Source: Calditrichia bacterium (lineage in GTDB: Bacteria; Calditrichota; Calditrichia; RBG-13-44-9). From it: a stretch of 17,077 nucleotides of DNA. Positions within the stretch are counted from its first letter, which is position 1, and each line of letters opens with the position of its first letter. The stretch is taken from contig JARRQT010000149.1 of the NCBI GenBank assembly GCA_037381445.1, positions 1 to 17,077 of the forward strand. The letters are read 5' to 3'. The notes beneath the pieces are model-generated. The model worked only from the letters and a program-made list of their open reading frames with translations, made no database searches and was not told the DNA's origin. The position numbers and the translations under genes were made by a program. This document shows positions 15,159 to 17,077 of this stretch, in pieces.

Positions 15159-17077
15159 TTAAATTAAATTCACCCTGACTTCGACTTCCGATTTATTTTT
15201 TACGGGAGGAATTAAATTCCCCTCCAGTTTTTCTCCGCTCACAAAAATATCCGCTCTTTCCGGCCTCTCTTTTGTCTTCTTTGCAATGTGAATAAGATAG
15301 GTGGTACCGCGGAACAGCCGCTTCACCCTGATTTCGTTCCAGTGGTCCGGAAGCGTCGGTTTGATTCTGAGCCCCTCATACTCCGCTTCAATCCCGATAA
15401 TGTGATCGATGGTGATTCGAAAAAGCCAGGCAGCGGAACCGGTGTACCAGGTCCATCCTCCCCTTCCGTAATGGGGAGAGTCCCTGCCGTCGATATTGCC
15501 CGGCGTCACATATGGTTCGGCCAGATACCGGTCCGGATTCATGGCATTATTAATCGGGCAAATCTTCTGATAGAAGCGGTAGGCGATGTCTGGCCATTTT
15601 AACTTTGAAGCCGCCCAGATCGACCAGGTGGCCGCATGAGTATACACGCCGCCATTTTCCCTGACCCCGGGGGCATACCGGGACAGATAGCCAATGTAGG
15701 AATCCGGAGCAGAATAGGCAGGAGATAACAGAAGCGGTCCGGCATCACTCTCCAGCATTTCAACCACGGACAACATGGCCTGCTGCTGTCTCGGCAAATC
15801 CGAACTCCCGGAAATCACCGACCATATCTGCGGATTCAGATATATCTTGCCCTCCGAATTATTGCGGCTCCCGATCAGTTCGCCACTGTCCTTACTGGCG
15901 CGCCAGAACCATTTCCCGTCCCAGCCATGCTGGTTAATGGCGCTTCTGAGGAGTTCCGCCTTGCGCGCATATCTGTCTGCGATGGTCGGAAGGTTTAGAC
16001 GGTTCAGGATGATATTGAATTCAGGCAGGATATAATAAAGAAAATGAGCCAGCCAAAGCGATTCTCCTTTTCCCTCCAGGCCGACTGCGCTCAGCCCATC
16101 ATTCCAGTCTCCCGCCAGAATGAGCGGCAATCCTCTCTCGCTGAAGCGTTCCAGTACCCTGTCGACGGCCCGCACGCAGTGCTCCAGCAGACTTGCCGGC
16201 TGAGGACCATCATAAAAAGGAACGGCCTCTTCCAGGGCCGCCCAATCGCCGGTCTCCTTTAAATATTGGATAGCAACAAAGGGAAGCCACAATAAATCGT
16301 CACTCATATTTCCGTCCAGGCCCTGCTCGGTGATGGGGTGCCACCAGTGCAGAACCCGGCCATCACTGAACTGGTGCGCAGCGTGAAGAAGAAGCTGCTT
16401 CCTGGTCAGTTCCGGCTTACTGTAAAGAAAAACCTGGCTGTCCTGCAACTGGTCACGATAGCCATATGCGCCGCTCTGCTGGTAATAGGCCGCTCGTCCC
16501 CACATACGGCCGGAGATGGCCTGATATTTCAGCCAGTAATTGGTCATAAAATTAAGGGCCTCATCCGGCGTTTCCACTGTGACGGTCCCCAAAACAGCTT
16601 CCCATTCTTCTTTCACCTGCCGGAATGCCGCATTAATATTTGCCGGATTCCGGTATTTTTCCAGCAGAGCATATATCTGCGGCCGGGAGGGCTGGGCGCC
16701 CAGATAAAAATGAATTGACTGTTCACTCCCCGCCGGCAGTTCCACGATTTTCTTCAGACTGGCAATTGAATCATTCCACTTATGCTGCGTTCCCGGCAGT
16801 TTTCCCGTTTCCACAGCAATGGGATTTGACAGATTGCGCGAGTGCCCGATGAATTTTTCTTTATCACCTTCAAAACCGTCCACGGATTCACTGCAGGAGA
16901 AAAATGCAATATTCTGCCAATCGGTGTTCCAATGTCCCCGTTTTGCCGGGATTTCCCACAGTCTCTTTTCAGCGAAAAGAACGTGCTGTTGTTCATCAAA
17001 CCTGGTTTCCAGAAAGGTTTTATGAAATTCACGGTGATGGTCCGGAGCGGCTCCAAGACACCATTCGAAGTAAGTGA
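15159..17077 (-). CDS. GH94 glycoside phosphorylase (NdvB/Cgs phosphorylase-domain-like); 5' end lies beyond the window
   Basis: The frame stays open from 16883 to the window edge (TYFEWCLGAAPDHHREFHKTF...SESVDGFEGDK). Motifs YYQQSGAYGYRDQLQD, VLHWWHP, SDDLLWL, catalytic GDWNDGL, RENGGVYTHAA, GGWTWYTGSAAW. Confidence 0.92.
   Translation of the reverse strand, partial: TYFEWCLGAAPDHHREFHKTFLETRFDEQQHVLFAEKRLWEIPAKRGHWNTDWQNIAFFSCSESVDGFEGDKEKFIGHSRNLSNPIAVETGKLPGTQHKWNDSIASLKKIVELPAGSEQSIHFYLGAQPSRPQIYALLEKYRNPANINAAFRQVKEEWEAVLGTVTVETPDEALNFMTNYWLKYQAISGRMWGRAAYYQQSGAYGYRDQLQDSQVFLYSKPELTRKQLLLHAAHQFSDGRVLHWWHPITEQGLDGNMSDDLLWLPFVAIQYLKETGDWAALEEAVPFYDGPQPASLLEHCVRAVDRVLERFSERGLPLILAGDWNDGLSAVGLEGKGESLWLAHFLYYILPEFNIILNRLNLPTIADRYARKAELLRSAINQHGWDGKWFWRASKDSGELIGSRNNSEGKIYLNPQIWSVISGSSDLPRQQQAMLSVVEMLESDAGPLLLSPAYSAPDSYIGYLSRYAPGVRENGGVYTHAATWSIWAASKLKWPDIAYRFYQKICPINNAMNPDRYLAEPYVTPGNIDGRDSPHYGRGGWTWYTGSAAWLFRITIDHIIGIEAEYEGLRIKPTLPDHWNEIRVKRLFRGTTYLIHIAKKTKERPERADIFVSGEKLEGNLIPPVKNKSEVEVRVNLI

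Noticed and set aside
16754..17056. 100-aa minus-strand ORF suggesting a frameshift in GH94
   Set aside because: The GH94 frame itself is open to the window edge with sensible sequence, so no frameshift is needed.

Overview
Bacterial chromosomal window, probably FCB-group (Calditrichota/KSB1/Ignavibacteria-like, inferred from the style of a T9SS-type C-terminal domain). Almost all genes are on the minus strand, in three blocks. (1) 385-5676, AT-rich: a GAF-sigma54 activator, a degenerate-receiver SARP/BTAD regulator, and two uncharacterised genes that appear to share a beta-sandwich domain (the second is frameshifted or internally deleted). A small Cys/His protein converges on them. A candidate sigma54 promoter and a palindrome at enhancer distance suggest an undescribed two-tier regulatory cascade. 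(2) 6195-10690, GC-rich: a mutasome-like pair, a catalytically dead Y-family ImuB-like gene plus dnaE2, with no imuA or lexA. A candidate operator sits in the promoter spacer and a nested MITE/REP-like element lies between the genes. (3) 11026-17077: a parvulin-type PPIase, a bidirectional terminator, and the 3' end of a likely beta-1,2-glucan locus (GH94 phosphorylase cut by the window edge; secreted CBM-like/FN3/GH144 enzyme whose T9SS-type tail is broken by a deletion and frameshift). Up to three genes carry apparent internal deletions, which may be real decay or assembly artefact.
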